This document shows, one piece after another, positions 46,362-55,252 of a stretch of DNA of 64,000 nt (its first letter is position 1; every line of letters starts with the position of its first letter). This stretch comes from Candidatus Eremiobacteria bacterium (GTDB lineage Bacteria > Vulcanimicrobiota > Vulcanimicrobiia > Vulcanimicrobiales > Vulcanimicrobiaceae). The stretch covers positions 256,001-320,000 of the forward strand of contig CAVTRC010000001.1 in the NCBI GenBank assembly GCA_963737065.1. Direction: 5' to 3'. The notes under the pieces are model-generated. The model was given only the letters and a program-made list of their open reading frames with translations, ran no database searches and was not told the origin of the DNA. The translations under genes were made by a program, and so were the position numbers.

Positions 46362-47588
46362 TCATTCGGCTGCAAGCACGGCGGCGATGCCTTGTCCGCC
46401 GCCGATGCACGCGGAAGCAACGCCGTACCCGCCGCCGCGATGGCGCAGGTCGTTGAGCACGGTGACCGCGAGACGCGCGCCCGATGCGCCGAGCGGATGC
46501 CCAAGCGAAATCGCACCGCCGTGCGGATTCAACCTTATACGAGCCTGCCCTGAGCTTGTCGAAGGGTTCGTGCCCATGTCTTTCAGACACGCGAGCACTT
46601 GGGGCGCGAATGCTTCATTGATCTCCATGACTTGAAGATCTTTCTCCGTGAGGCCGGCGCGCTGCATGGCTTTTGGTATCGCAACCGCGGGACCGATACC
46701 CATGATGTCGGGGTCGACGCCGACGACACTGCCCGAGATGAGGCGACCGATCCACGTGCGTCCGTCTTTGCGCGCTTGTTTCACCGTGGTCAACACAACC
46801 GCAGCGGCGCCGTCCGTAATACCGCTTGCATTCCCCGGCGTGACGACGCCGTCTTTGACGAAGCGCGCCGGGAGCTTTGCCAACTTTTCCATCGTCAGTC
46901 CCGGGCGCGGGCCTTCATCCTTATCGACAACGGTCTCCGCGCCTTTCGAACCCGGCACGGTGACCGGTGCAATTTCATCCGCGAAGTAGCCGTTGTTCTG
47001 CGACTCAACCGCGTTCGTTTGACTCATCAGCGCAAGCTCGTCGCACGCCTCCCGCTCGATGCCGTACTTCTTCGCAAGATTTTCGGCCGTTACAGCCATT
47101 GCCGTATCGCTGTATGAATCGGTGAGCGCGCTCCACAGTGAATCTTCGAATTGCGCGTTCGCGCCGAGATGAAACCCTTTGCGCGCGCCGCGAACGACGT
47201 GCGGCGCCTGGCTCATATTTTCGGCGCCGCCGGCGAGCGCGTACGTCGACTCACCAAGCCGCAGCGATTGCGCTGCACTGAGAATCGCTTGCAAACCTGA
47301 TCCGCATAGACGATTGAGCGTGAGCGCCGGGACGCCGATCGGGAGACCGGCGCGCAGCCCGATGTGACGCGCAAGATAGATCGCGTCGGCGCTGCTCTGT
47401 ATCACGTTGCCGAAGACAACGTCGTCGATCTGCTCGGTCGGCACTCCGCTGCGTTCGATTGCGGCTTTGGCGGCCGCCACGCCGAGATCCGTTGCAGTTA
47501 GCTCGGCGAGGACGCCGCCGAAATTGCCGAACGGCGTGCGGGCGCCCGCGAGAATGACGACGTCATTGTCGTTGGGTGTACTAGTCAT
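46362..47588 (-). CDS. Acetyl-CoA C-acyltransferase (thiolase)
   Basis: NRLCGSG, EINEAFA, GHPLGASG, CIGGGQG. Confidence 0.96.
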   Translation of the reverse strand: MTSTPNDNDVVILAGARTPFGNFGGVLAELTATDLGVAAAKAAIERSGVPTEQIDDVVFGNVIQSSADAIYLARHIGLRAGLPIGVPALTLNRLCGSGLQAILSAAQSLRLGESTYALAGGAENMSQAPHVVRGARKGFHLGANAQFEDSLWSALTDSYSDTAMAVTAENLAKKYGIEREACDELALMSQTNAVESQNNGYFADEIAPVTVPGSKGAETVVDKDEGPRPGLTMEKLAKLPARFVKDGVVTPGNASGITDGAAAVVLTTVKQARKDGRTWIGRLISGSVVGVDPDIMGIGPAVAIPKAMQRAGLTEKDLQVMEINEAFAPQVLACLKDMGTNPSTSSGQARIRLNPHGGAISLGHPLGASGARLAVTVLNDLRHRGGGYGVASACIGGGQGIAAVLAAE

Positions 47589-47654
47589 GGCGCGGCACTA
47601 TTCCGCACCGGCGAACGAGGAACCCCTAGCGAGCCCAGATAATGAACGCGGGTC

Positions 47655-48602
47655 ATGCCAATAAATCGACCCGCCGCCATGACGCTCGATGCCCGGTCGT
47701 TACCCGCTGCCAGCAAGACGGAACAGATCCTCGAGAACTTCGACAAACTCCAACTCGGAGGAGCGCTGGAAATCAACGAGGAGAGCGACCCGCGCGCGCT
47801 GCGCAATGAGATGACGCAACTGCGTCCCGGACGGTTCTCGTGGGACGCGCGCAATCTGGGCGGCAGCCGCTGGACCATTCGTCTCGAGCGAATCGACGAA
47901 AACGCGGACGGCGAAACGTTCCTGCAACACGTTCCGCAGTTCACGCAAGCGAAGGCGACGACGATCAAAGAGCTCGCCGGGCAGATGAGCGAGCGCAGTT
48001 ACAAGTCGGGCGACACGATTTTCGACGAAGGCGAAATGTGGCCGTACCTCGGCATCGTGAAGAGCGGCAAAGTCATCTATACGCTGCTTTCGCCGGACGG
48101 CAAGACGCATACAATCGGCGAGCGTCTGACGCACGACACCCTCAATGAAAGCGGCACCTTCGACAGCGGCGGGGCAACGACGCGCGCCGAAGCGCTGACC
48201 GACGCAACCGTCGTGACACTCCCCAGCGAAGCGGTGATGCATGCGATTCGTAACGATGCCGAACTTGCGCTTGGATTTCTGATCGCGAGTTCGCAAGCAC
48301 GGCGCCGTTCGATCGACACGATTGCCGATCTCGCGTTCGCGCACGTGCTGCAGCGCGTCGCGAAGTTTTTGCTCGGCTATGCTCGTACGTCCGTCGGCAT
48401 GACGCGCGGACTTCCCGGCGTCGAGAATCTTTCACAAGCGCAGATCGCCGCAGCGGCGGGAACGGTTCGTGATATGGCCGCTCGCGCGTTGCTTCGTTTG
48501 AAGAACGCAAATGCGGTGGAGCTCGATCGCGGACGCGTCAAGGCGATCGATCGCGCGCGTCTCGAAGCGTTCGCGCACAACGTTCAAGCACCGCCGGTCT
48601 AA
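47655..48602 (+). CDS. Crp/Fnr-family regulator with N-terminal DUF2249-like domain
   Basis: LDARSLP..FDKL..DPRAL..PGRFSW..W domain; cNMP-binding fold; HTH LSQAQIAAAAGTVRD. Confidence 0.85.
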   Translation: MPINRPAAMTLDARSLPAASKTEQILENFDKLQLGGALEINEESDPRALRNEMTQLRPGRFSWDARNLGGSRWTIRLERIDENADGETFLQHVPQFTQAKATTIKELAGQMSERSYKSGDTIFDEGEMWPYLGIVKSGKVIYTLLSPDGKTHTIGERLTHDTLNESGTFDSGGATTRAEALTDATVVTLPSEAVMHAIRNDAELALGFLIASSQARRRSIDTIADLAFAHVLQRVAKFLLGYARTSVGMTRGLPGVENLSQAQIAAAAGTVRDMAARALLRLKNANAVELDRGRVKAIDRARLEAFAHNVQAPPV

Positions 48603-48603
48603 A

Positions 48604-49146
48604 ATGGTCGAGCTGCTTCGTCCGAGCAACTATCGGCGGCAGCGTTGGAAAAACAATGGCGGCGTGACGGACGAAATTGCCGCCGATGCGGCGAGTCCGC
48701 CGGCATGGCGCGTGTCGATTGCGACGATCGAACACGATGGCCCGTTCTCGGATTTCCGCGGCTACGATCGCACGATCGTCGCGCTCGATGGCGGCGTAAC
48801 GCTCACGGTCGACGGCAGCGAGCTTACGCTACGGCAACACGAACCGTTCGATTTCCGCGGCGAATCGACGGTTGAAGCGCGCATCACGACCGGCACCGCG
48901 CGCGATCTCAACGTCATGACGCTGCGTACCGAGTTCGCGCACGACGTCGAAGTTCTTCGAACGCCGCGGCGTTATCTCGTCGATGAGGACGAGCTGGTCT
49001 TCGCATACATGCTGTGCGGCGAAGCGACGGTTCACGACGTGCATTGCGCCGCCGGTGAAACGGCATACCTCGATGAGGTGGAGCGCTTCGATATCGTGCC
49101 GGCTGCCGAGTCGGCCGTCTGCGTGATTCACATCACCCCACGCTAA
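48604..49146 (+). CDS. HutD/Ves-family protein
   Basis: WKNNGGVTDEI, WRVSIA, GPFSDFRGYDR, DLNVM. Confidence 0.9.
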   Translation: MVELLRPSNYRRQRWKNNGGVTDEIAADAASPPAWRVSIATIEHDGPFSDFRGYDRTIVALDGGVTLTVDGSELTLRQHEPFDFRGESTVEARITTGTARDLNVMTLRTEFAHDVEVLRTPRRYLVDEDELVFAYMLCGEATVHDVHCAAGETAYLDEVERFDIVPAAESAVCVIHITPR

Positions 49147-49344
49147 GTGATTACGGTCAGCGTCGTTACCGCCGATGATTGGCATACATGGCGAGCGATG
49201 CGCATCGAGGCGCTACGCGAAGCACCGTACGCGTACAGCTTAACGCTCGCGAGCCCCATTGCGCTTTTCGCATTGCCCGATGTTACCGTCGCCGCTAGTG
49301 CCGTGTCCGTTTCGCGCAATCGCAAAGTGCCTGACCACGATTAG
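49147..49344 (+). pseudogene. Truncated GNAT acetyltransferase remnant
   Basis: ADDWHTWRAMRIEALREAPYAY is a typical GNAT N-terminus; similarity is then lost and the ORF ends at 65 aa. Confidence 0.5.
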
Positions 49345-49441
49345 ATGAAGAAAATCGAGGAGAACTGCGCGCGCCGAACTTGGCCCACGACACGGTGCGG
49401 GCGCGTTCAAGATCGTGAGTCAAACATGGGACGGCTACGGT

Positions 49442-49861
49442 TTAGTGAACGATGTAGACGTCTGATGTTTGGCCGGGGACTACGAGTGCGCTGGTAACGC
49501 CTTTGCCGATGCAGTACGCGCGGTCTTTTGCGATTTCGATACGAACGCGTGCAATCGCGCCGCGATAGATATCGGACGTCTCACATCCGGTTCGAAGGCC
49601 ATCGGCCGTCGCCGTTACGACGTAACGGCCCGGTTCAAGTAACAGGTTCCCGAAGAAACCGTGTTTGTTCGTGTGCAACGTCGAGATAGCGGTAGCTGCA
49701 TCGCCGATCGGCATGCGGTAGATCGCGACTTGAGCGTCGCGGAGCGGTTTATGCGTATCGGCGTTCATGACAAAGCCGTCGATCCCCGTGGGTTGGTTCT
49801 GCGCCAACGCAGGGAGAGATGCCAGCGCCAAAGCCCCAACAATAAGGGCGAGTGCTCTCAT
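49442..49861 (-). CDS. Exported carboxypeptidase-regulatory-like domain protein
   Basis: Signal peptide; IDGFV..KPL..A.V, LEPGRYVVTA. Confidence 0.75.
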   Translation of the reverse strand: MRALALIVGALALASLPALAQNQPTGIDGFVMNADTHKPLRDAQVAIYRMPIGDAATAISTLHTNKHGFFGNLLLEPGRYVVTATADGLRTGCETSDIYRGAIARVRIEIAKDRAYCIGKGVTSALVVPGQTSDVYIVH

Positions 49862-49906
49862 GCTTGCGAGCATTATACTCGCAACTCGCCCTTTTGAAAC
49901 GCGTTG

Positions 49907-50185
49907 TTACGGATTAGGCGGCCGTGATGGAAGAAGTCCCGTAAATCCGTCGCGCAGGTAAGCCGCATTGCAAGGAACCTGCTGCGCAATCGGGATAGCG
50001 CTTATGTAGAGATAACGGATAAACGTGCATCGCGGCTTTTCGTTCTCAAGGAGCGGCGTTTCCGGCACGCGCTTCACGCGACGCTCGACATCGACGACCG
50101 GCGTGCGAGCCGCGACCGTGTGAACCGGTGCGGAAATCGGGGCCGAATGGACTGCGGCCGCGGCAGTTATCGCGAGCAGAAGCAT
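49907..50185 (-). CDS. Exported hypothetical protein
   Basis: Signal-like start; GAGGA upstream; two Cys. Confidence 0.5.
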   Translation of the reverse strand: MLLLAITAAAAVHSAPISAPVHTVAARTPVVDVERRVKRVPETPLLENEKPRCTFIRYLYISAIPIAQQVPCNAAYLRDGFTGLLPSRPPNP

Positions 50186-50205
50186 GTCATGATCCTCCTC
50201 TCCAA

Positions 50206-50757
50206 TTATACCGATTCCAGTTCCGCCGTTTCCTGAGAGGCCAGGTCGAACGCAGCTCGCTTACTCTTCGCCGCCGCGTCGGCAAGCGGCGCAGACGCCG
50301 GCGTTGCTGCGGGACGCGGAGCGTTCGCTAGCGCTGCGCGACCCTTTTGCACCGAACCCAGCGCCGCCGACAAGCGTCCTTCCATCTCCGCAAGGATCTG
50401 TGCCGCGTATTGATCCGCGCCTTCCTTAATCTTGCGCGCGCGCTCTTCGGCTTCGCGCAGCACGATCTCCGCCGTCGTACGCGCACGATGGACGATCTCG
50501 TTCTGATCGACCAGTTCTTCATGCACCGTCGATGCTTCATCGACAATCGCTTGCGCCTTCTCTTGCGCCGCGCGAATAACGCGCTCTTGATCCTTCGCGA
50601 TGATCTTCGCGCGGCCGACTTCTTCGGGCAGCGTCGCGCGGACTTTTTCGATATATTCGATTAGCCGCTCTTCGGAAAGAACACGATATCCGGCCGGAAG
50701 CCACGTTCCTTCGTGAACGTACGCTTCCAATTTGTCCAGCACGCGATAAACCGACAT
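50206..50757 (-). CDS. Coiled-coil protein commonly found downstream of coaD
   Basis: LPEEV..A, AEERA..GADQYA pattern; GGAGG SD. Confidence 0.8.
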   Translation of the reverse strand: MSVYRVLDKLEAYVHEGTWLPAGYRVLSEERLIEYIEKVRATLPEEVGRAKIIAKDQERVIRAAQEKAQAIVDEASTVHEELVDQNEIVHRARTTAEIVLREAEERARKIKEGADQYAAQILAEMEGRLSAALGSVQKGRAALANAPRPAATPASAPLADAAAKSKRAAFDLASQETAELESV

Positions 50758-50770
50758 CAGGATACCTCCG

Positions 50771-51286
50771 TTACGAACGTTTGAGCGCGGCTCGTTTGCT
50801 CGACATCACGTCGAGTACGACGTGCGGCACGAACTGCGACACGTCACCGCCCAAGAAAAAGACTTCCTTCACTAAGCTCGAGCTGACGAACGAATATTTT
50901 GCATCCGACATCAGAAAGAGCGTATCGACGTTCGAGAGCGACCGGTTCATCAACGCGGTCGACATCTCGTTTTCGAAGTCTGAGACGACGCGAAGCCCCT
51001 TGACGATCACGTCGGCATCGTTTGCGCGAACGTAATCCGCGAGCAAGCCGCGGAAATGTTCGACGTGCACATTCTCTATGTGCGCCACGCATTCTTTGAG
51101 CATTTGTTCGCGCTCTTCGAGCGTGAACATCGGGTTGCGCTTCTGCGGGTTGACGACAATCGCGACGGCGAGCTCGCTGAATGCGACTGCGGCGCGTTCG
51201 ATGACATCGAGGTGACCGTTCGTCAAGGGATCGAACGATCCGGGGTAGACTGCCCGCGTCGGGCGTACGGGGCGACCGTTGTTCAA
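50771..51286 (-). CDS. coaD: Pantetheine-phosphate adenylyltransferase
   Basis: YPGSFDPLTNGHLD, KGLR, SSSLVKE. Confidence 0.97.
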   Translation of the reverse strand: MNNGRPVRPTRAVYPGSFDPLTNGHLDVIERAAVAFSELAVAIVVNPQKRNPMFTLEEREQMLKECVAHIENVHVEHFRGLLADYVRANDADVIVKGLRVVSDFENEMSTALMNRSLSNVDTLFLMSDAKYSFVSSSLVKEVFFLGGDVSQFVPHVVLDVMSSKRAALKRS

Positions 51287-51838
51287 TCAGCCGTCCGCAC
51301 GCGCAAAGAATGCCAAGGCGACATCGCCGTACACTTCTTCGCGCGTCGAGCGATACCCCGGTATGTCGGGAAGAATTCGTTTCGCAGCATGTTCATAAAT
51401 CACGAGCGCGTCGGACGCGAGCAGCGCTCGGTCGAGCAGCAGGCGGAAGATTTGCAACGGCACATCATTCCCATAGGGCGGATCGAGATACACGATATCG
51501 AACGGCCCTTCAATACGGTAGAGCGCGCGCTCAACGGGCGCTGCCATCACCGACACGCGATCGTCGATCCTGAGTTGCTTTGACGCTTCTTCGATCGCGT
51601 GCGCCGTTTCGCGATTTGCTTCTACGGAGACTACGCGCGCCGCACCGCGCGACGCAGCTTCGAATCCGATTGCGCCGGTTCCCGCGAAAAGGTCGAGCAC
51701 CGCTGCTCCGTTGATGCGGTTCATCAGGATCGAAAACAATGACTCTTTGACGCGTCCCGGTGTGGGACGAATGCTCGTGCCTTTCGGCGACTTCAACTTT
51801 CGACTCCCAAGCGATCCGCCGGTGATCTTCGGACTCAT
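51287..51838 (-). CDS. rsmD: 16S rRNA (guanine(966)-N2)-methyltransferase
   Basis: RPT..VKESLF, LDLFAGTG, DPPY. Confidence 0.95.
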   Translation of the reverse strand: MSPKITGGSLGSRKLKSPKGTSIRPTPGRVKESLFSILMNRINGAAVLDLFAGTGAIGFEAASRGAARVVSVEANRETAHAIEEASKQLRIDDRVSVMAAPVERALYRIEGPFDIVYLDPPYGNDVPLQIFRLLLDRALLASDALVIYEHAAKRILPDIPGYRSTREEVYGDVALAFFARADG

Positions 51839-52554
51839 CGCGACGCGACGGCAGTCACGAGCGGAATTAGCTCGCGCAACGAGTGCACGACATGTGTCGG
51901 CTCCGGTAGATTGGTCGGATAGGCTTTCCCTTCATTGTCGATCCAGACCGCTTGGAAGCCTGCTTGCATAGCGCCCGCGATGTCGACGTCAGGTGTGTCG
52001 CCGACGTACACGCAGCGTCCCGGCTCGAGGCCGAGCTCGTCGGCCAGGGCGCGAAACGCTTCCGCATCCGGCTTTTGGATCCCAAGGTCGCCGCTCGCGA
52101 GGACTTTTCCGCTGAAGCCGGCGCGCCGCGCCTTTACGACTTGCAGCGGATTCCAGCCGTTGCTAAGGATCCCTAAGGCGAACGGACCGCGCGCCAACTC
52201 GTCGAGCGTCGACTTTGCATCGGGATCCGGCACGATAAACGTTTCCGCCATCGCAAGCGCCATGCGGCGGAACCCTTCGGCGAACTCGCCGCTCGGTTCG
52301 ACGCCGCGGTCGCGCACGAACGCGTGGACCGCTGCGTCGATCGTACAGTGGCCCGCACGTTGCGACGCAAGCAGCGCGTCGATGTTCTTCGTCTCGTCCG
52401 CGAGCGAGCCCAACGCCTGGCCGCCCTCCTCTACGATCTGCTCGAGAAGATGCAGAAACGCGACGCGCTCGAGCTTGTTGTCGATGCAAAGCGTGTGATC
52501 GATATCAAACCCGACGCCGCATACGCGGCGCGAAGCCCCCGAATGCGCGATCAT
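51835..52554 (-). CDS. HAD-family hydrolase
   Basis: FDIDHTL, SNG, KPD, VGD..DI.GA. Confidence 0.9.
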   Translation of the reverse strand: MIAHSGASRRVCGVGFDIDHTLCIDNKLERVAFLHLLEQIVEEGGQALGSLADETKNIDALLASQRAGHCTIDAAVHAFVRDRGVEPSGEFAEGFRRMALAMAETFIVPDPDAKSTLDELARGPFALGILSNGWNPLQVVKARRAGFSGKVLASGDLGIQKPDAEAFRALADELGLEPGRCVYVGDTPDVDIAGAMQAGFQAVWIDNEGKAYPTNLPEPTHVVHSLRELIPLVTAVASR

Positions 52555-52562
52555 CAGCGGCG

Positions 52563-55232
52563 CTATTTCGGACCGGGACCGAGGATCACCCGGACGAAGT
52601 CGTTCGGACGCACCCACTTGTTGAGCGCGTGCACGACCGAGGTGTTCGTCGTACCGACTTCGCGTTGTGCGTCGGTCACATACTGATCGAGCGGCAGTTG
52701 CAGCTGCGCGTAGCCGATCAACTGAGTCGCGATTCCGCTAAAACTTTGTTGTTTGAGCGGAATTTGCGAGACGAGCATCGCCTTGCCGCGCGCCAAGTCA
52801 TCGTCGCTCACGCCGTTTTTCATCATTCCGTTCAAATCGGCGAACGCGAGATTTTGCGCCGCGATGATCTTCTCGGGATCGGACGCAAAGTAGAGGCCGA
52901 AGCTGCCCCGATTTTTGCTGGCCTGAAAGCGACTGCCGATGCCGTAGACGAGCCCGTGTAAGTCCCGAACGTCATGGAAGAGTATCGAACTTCCACCGGA
53001 ACCGAACGAGGCATTTGCGACGGCGAGCGCGGCCCAATCGGGATTGTCTCGGGTAAGCATGTTGGTTTGCATGTACGTGACTTGCGACTGCACGCGCGTC
53101 GGATCGGGCACTTGCACCGTGCTCGGCTTATTGTTTGCGACCGCCGGCAGATAGACGTCGGGCTTGGCTCCCGTTGCCTTCCACGCGCCGAAGTATTTCT
53201 CGAACGTCGCGCGTACCTGATCGGGCGTCACGTCGCCGATGACGACCGCAGTCGTCATGTCAGGGCGATATGCCGTCGTAAACCAACTCTTCACCGAATC
53301 GAGCGCCACGGCGCCTACCGTCTCTTCCGTTTGCTGCACCTGCATGGGATCGTCCGACGGATAAAGCGCTTTGTTCAGCGCGACTTCCTCGCGATAACTC
53401 GGTGAGGACATCACGCCCGGCATTGCTGAAACGTCTTGCTGTTTCACGATCGCGAAATTTTGCGCCGGGAAGGCCGGATGCAGTTCTTCATCGGCGAGCA
53501 GCGCCACGCCGCGGTCGAATTCATTTGAGAGCGCGGTGAGCGAAAACGCCGTGCCGGCGTCGACGTCGGCTGCAATGTCGTCGAGTTGCTTGCGCAGCTC
53601 GAGCCGATTGTACGTCGTCGTGCCGAACGGAAGCAGCTGCGCGGTGATATCGGCGACGCCTTGCACGTCTTTCGGCGCCTGTATCGTCTCGTTCGAAAGA
53701 ATCGAGCCGGAAACCACGACGGTATGCGAAACGTGTTCCGGAACGACGATCAAACGCATACCGTTCGAGAGCGTCATGTCGACCGGCGCTAGCGTCTGCG
53801 TCGGTACCCTGACATTCTTGAACGCAGCAACGGCCCAAGACGGTAGCGGGTCGTGATGTTGCAGCGTGAGTTTGTTGCTCTCCTTTGCAATCGGCTCTTC
53901 ACTCGTTTGTGCTTCGCCGCCGTGCTTGGGGAGCGCCACAACGGTCACGGCATGATCGAAGTTGAAGTTCGCGCGTAACACGCGATTGACGTCAGCGACG
54001 GTGACGGCTTGAATCTGCGCGGTTTGTTCATCCGGCGAACGCAATCCGCGTTTGGCAACCGCGTCGCTCCATTCGAAAGCAAGATTTTCGATCGAGTTCG
54101 CCTTGAATGCGTCGCTTGCCACCTCACGGCGCTTTTCAACGTCTACCAAGTCGGCCGGCACGCCGTCCTTCTTATAGTCGTCGATAACCGACTGCAGCGC
54201 CGCTACCGTAGATTGCACGTTTCCGCCGATCGGCATCACGCCGAGCAGCAGCGTTCCGGAAGCGAGCGGGTGCGACTCCAGCGGCTCGACTTCAGCCTGC
54301 AGCAGTTTACCCGATACAACGAGATCGTAGAGCTTCGAACGCTGGTCGTCGAGCAGATCGGTGAGAATCTGCGACGCCGCGTAGTCCTTGGAGTTCCATC
54401 CCGGAAGCCGGAACGCGAGGCTGACGACGTCGACGGGCAAATTGCTCTCGATCGTGCTCGATGACTTCTTCACGGGTCGCAGAACGATCGAAGGCCGCGC
54501 GGGAAGCGTCGCTTGCCCGAAGTGTCCGAAATACTTCTTCACGTCGGCAACGGTCGACGGACCGTCGACGTCGCCGGTGATGACGTATACCGCGTTGTTC
54601 GGGTGGTACCACGCATTATAGAATGCATGCAGCTTTTGACTGTCGATAACATGCTGGAAGCCGTTGACCGTTCCGAGCCCGTTCTTCTGATACGGCGTTC
54701 CGGCATACAGCGCGTCGCTCACTTTGGCGAGCAAACGCCATTCCCAATTGCTCTGGTCTTGCGTTACTTCTTGCGTGATTGCGCCCTTTTCGATGTTCCA
54801 GTCCTTTTCCGAAAGGTACGCATCGCGCATGCGCGACGCTTCCATCCGCAACACCAGATCGAGATACTGCGACGGCGCTGAAAAGAAGTATTGCGTGATC
54901 TCGGCCTGCGTATCGGCGTCGTTGTTTCCGCCTAAAAGCTCACTGATGTCCGAGAGCTGCGATTCCGAGAGCGTCGGGCTGCCGCGAAACATCATATGTT
55001 CGAGCGCGTGCGCCTGCCCGTCGTACTGCTGTTCGTTCGATCCGACGCGATAGTTCAGCACGGCCGTTACGACCGGTGCAAGCGGATCGTGCACGACGAC
55101 GACATGCAGCCCGTTCGGCAACGTCGCGCGCGTCACGCTCAGTGCCGGCGTGTCGACGCCCTCGGCCGATGCGATGCCCGCGCCAATCAGAACGAACGCC
55201 AGTACGGGAAGCACCAGTCGGATCAATCGCAT
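52563..55232 (-). CDS. M16 (pitrilysin-family) zinc peptidase, exported
   Basis: Signal peptide, HALEH inverted zinc motif, duplicated halves. Confidence 0.93.
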   Translation of the reverse strand: MRLIRLVLPVLAFVLIGAGIASAEGVDTPALSVTRATLPNGLHVVVVHDPLAPVVTAVLNYRVGSNEQQYDGQAHALEHMMFRGSPTLSESQLSDISELLGGNNDADTQAEITQYFFSAPSQYLDLVLRMEASRMRDAYLSEKDWNIEKGAITQEVTQDQSNWEWRLLAKVSDALYAGTPYQKNGLGTVNGFQHVIDSQKLHAFYNAWYHPNNAVYVITGDVDGPSTVADVKKYFGHFGQATLPARPSIVLRPVKKSSSTIESNLPVDVVSLAFRLPGWNSKDYAASQILTDLLDDQRSKLYDLVVSGKLLQAEVEPLESHPLASGTLLLGVMPIGGNVQSTVAALQSVIDDYKKDGVPADLVDVEKRREVASDAFKANSIENLAFEWSDAVAKRGLRSPDEQTAQIQAVTVADVNRVLRANFNFDHAVTVVALPKHGGEAQTSEEPIAKESNKLTLQHHDPLPSWAVAAFKNVRVPTQTLAPVDMTLSNGMRLIVVPEHVSHTVVVSGSILSNETIQAPKDVQGVADITAQLLPFGTTTYNRLELRKQLDDIAADVDAGTAFSLTALSNEFDRGVALLADEELHPAFPAQNFAIVKQQDVSAMPGVMSSPSYREEVALNKALYPSDDPMQVQQTEETVGAVALDSVKSWFTTAYRPDMTTAVVIGDVTPDQVRATFEKYFGAWKATGAKPDVYLPAVANNKPSTVQVPDPTRVQSQVTYMQTNMLTRDNPDWAALAVANASFGSGGSSILFHDVRDLHGLVYGIGSRFQASKNRGSFGLYFASDPEKIIAAQNLAFADLNGMMKNGVSDDDLARGKAMLVSQIPLKQQSFSGIATQLIGYAQLQLPLDQYVTDAQREVGTTNTSVVHALNKWVRPNDFVRVILGPGPK

Positions 55233-55252
55233 TCTTCTCCCTATTTCTTTCC

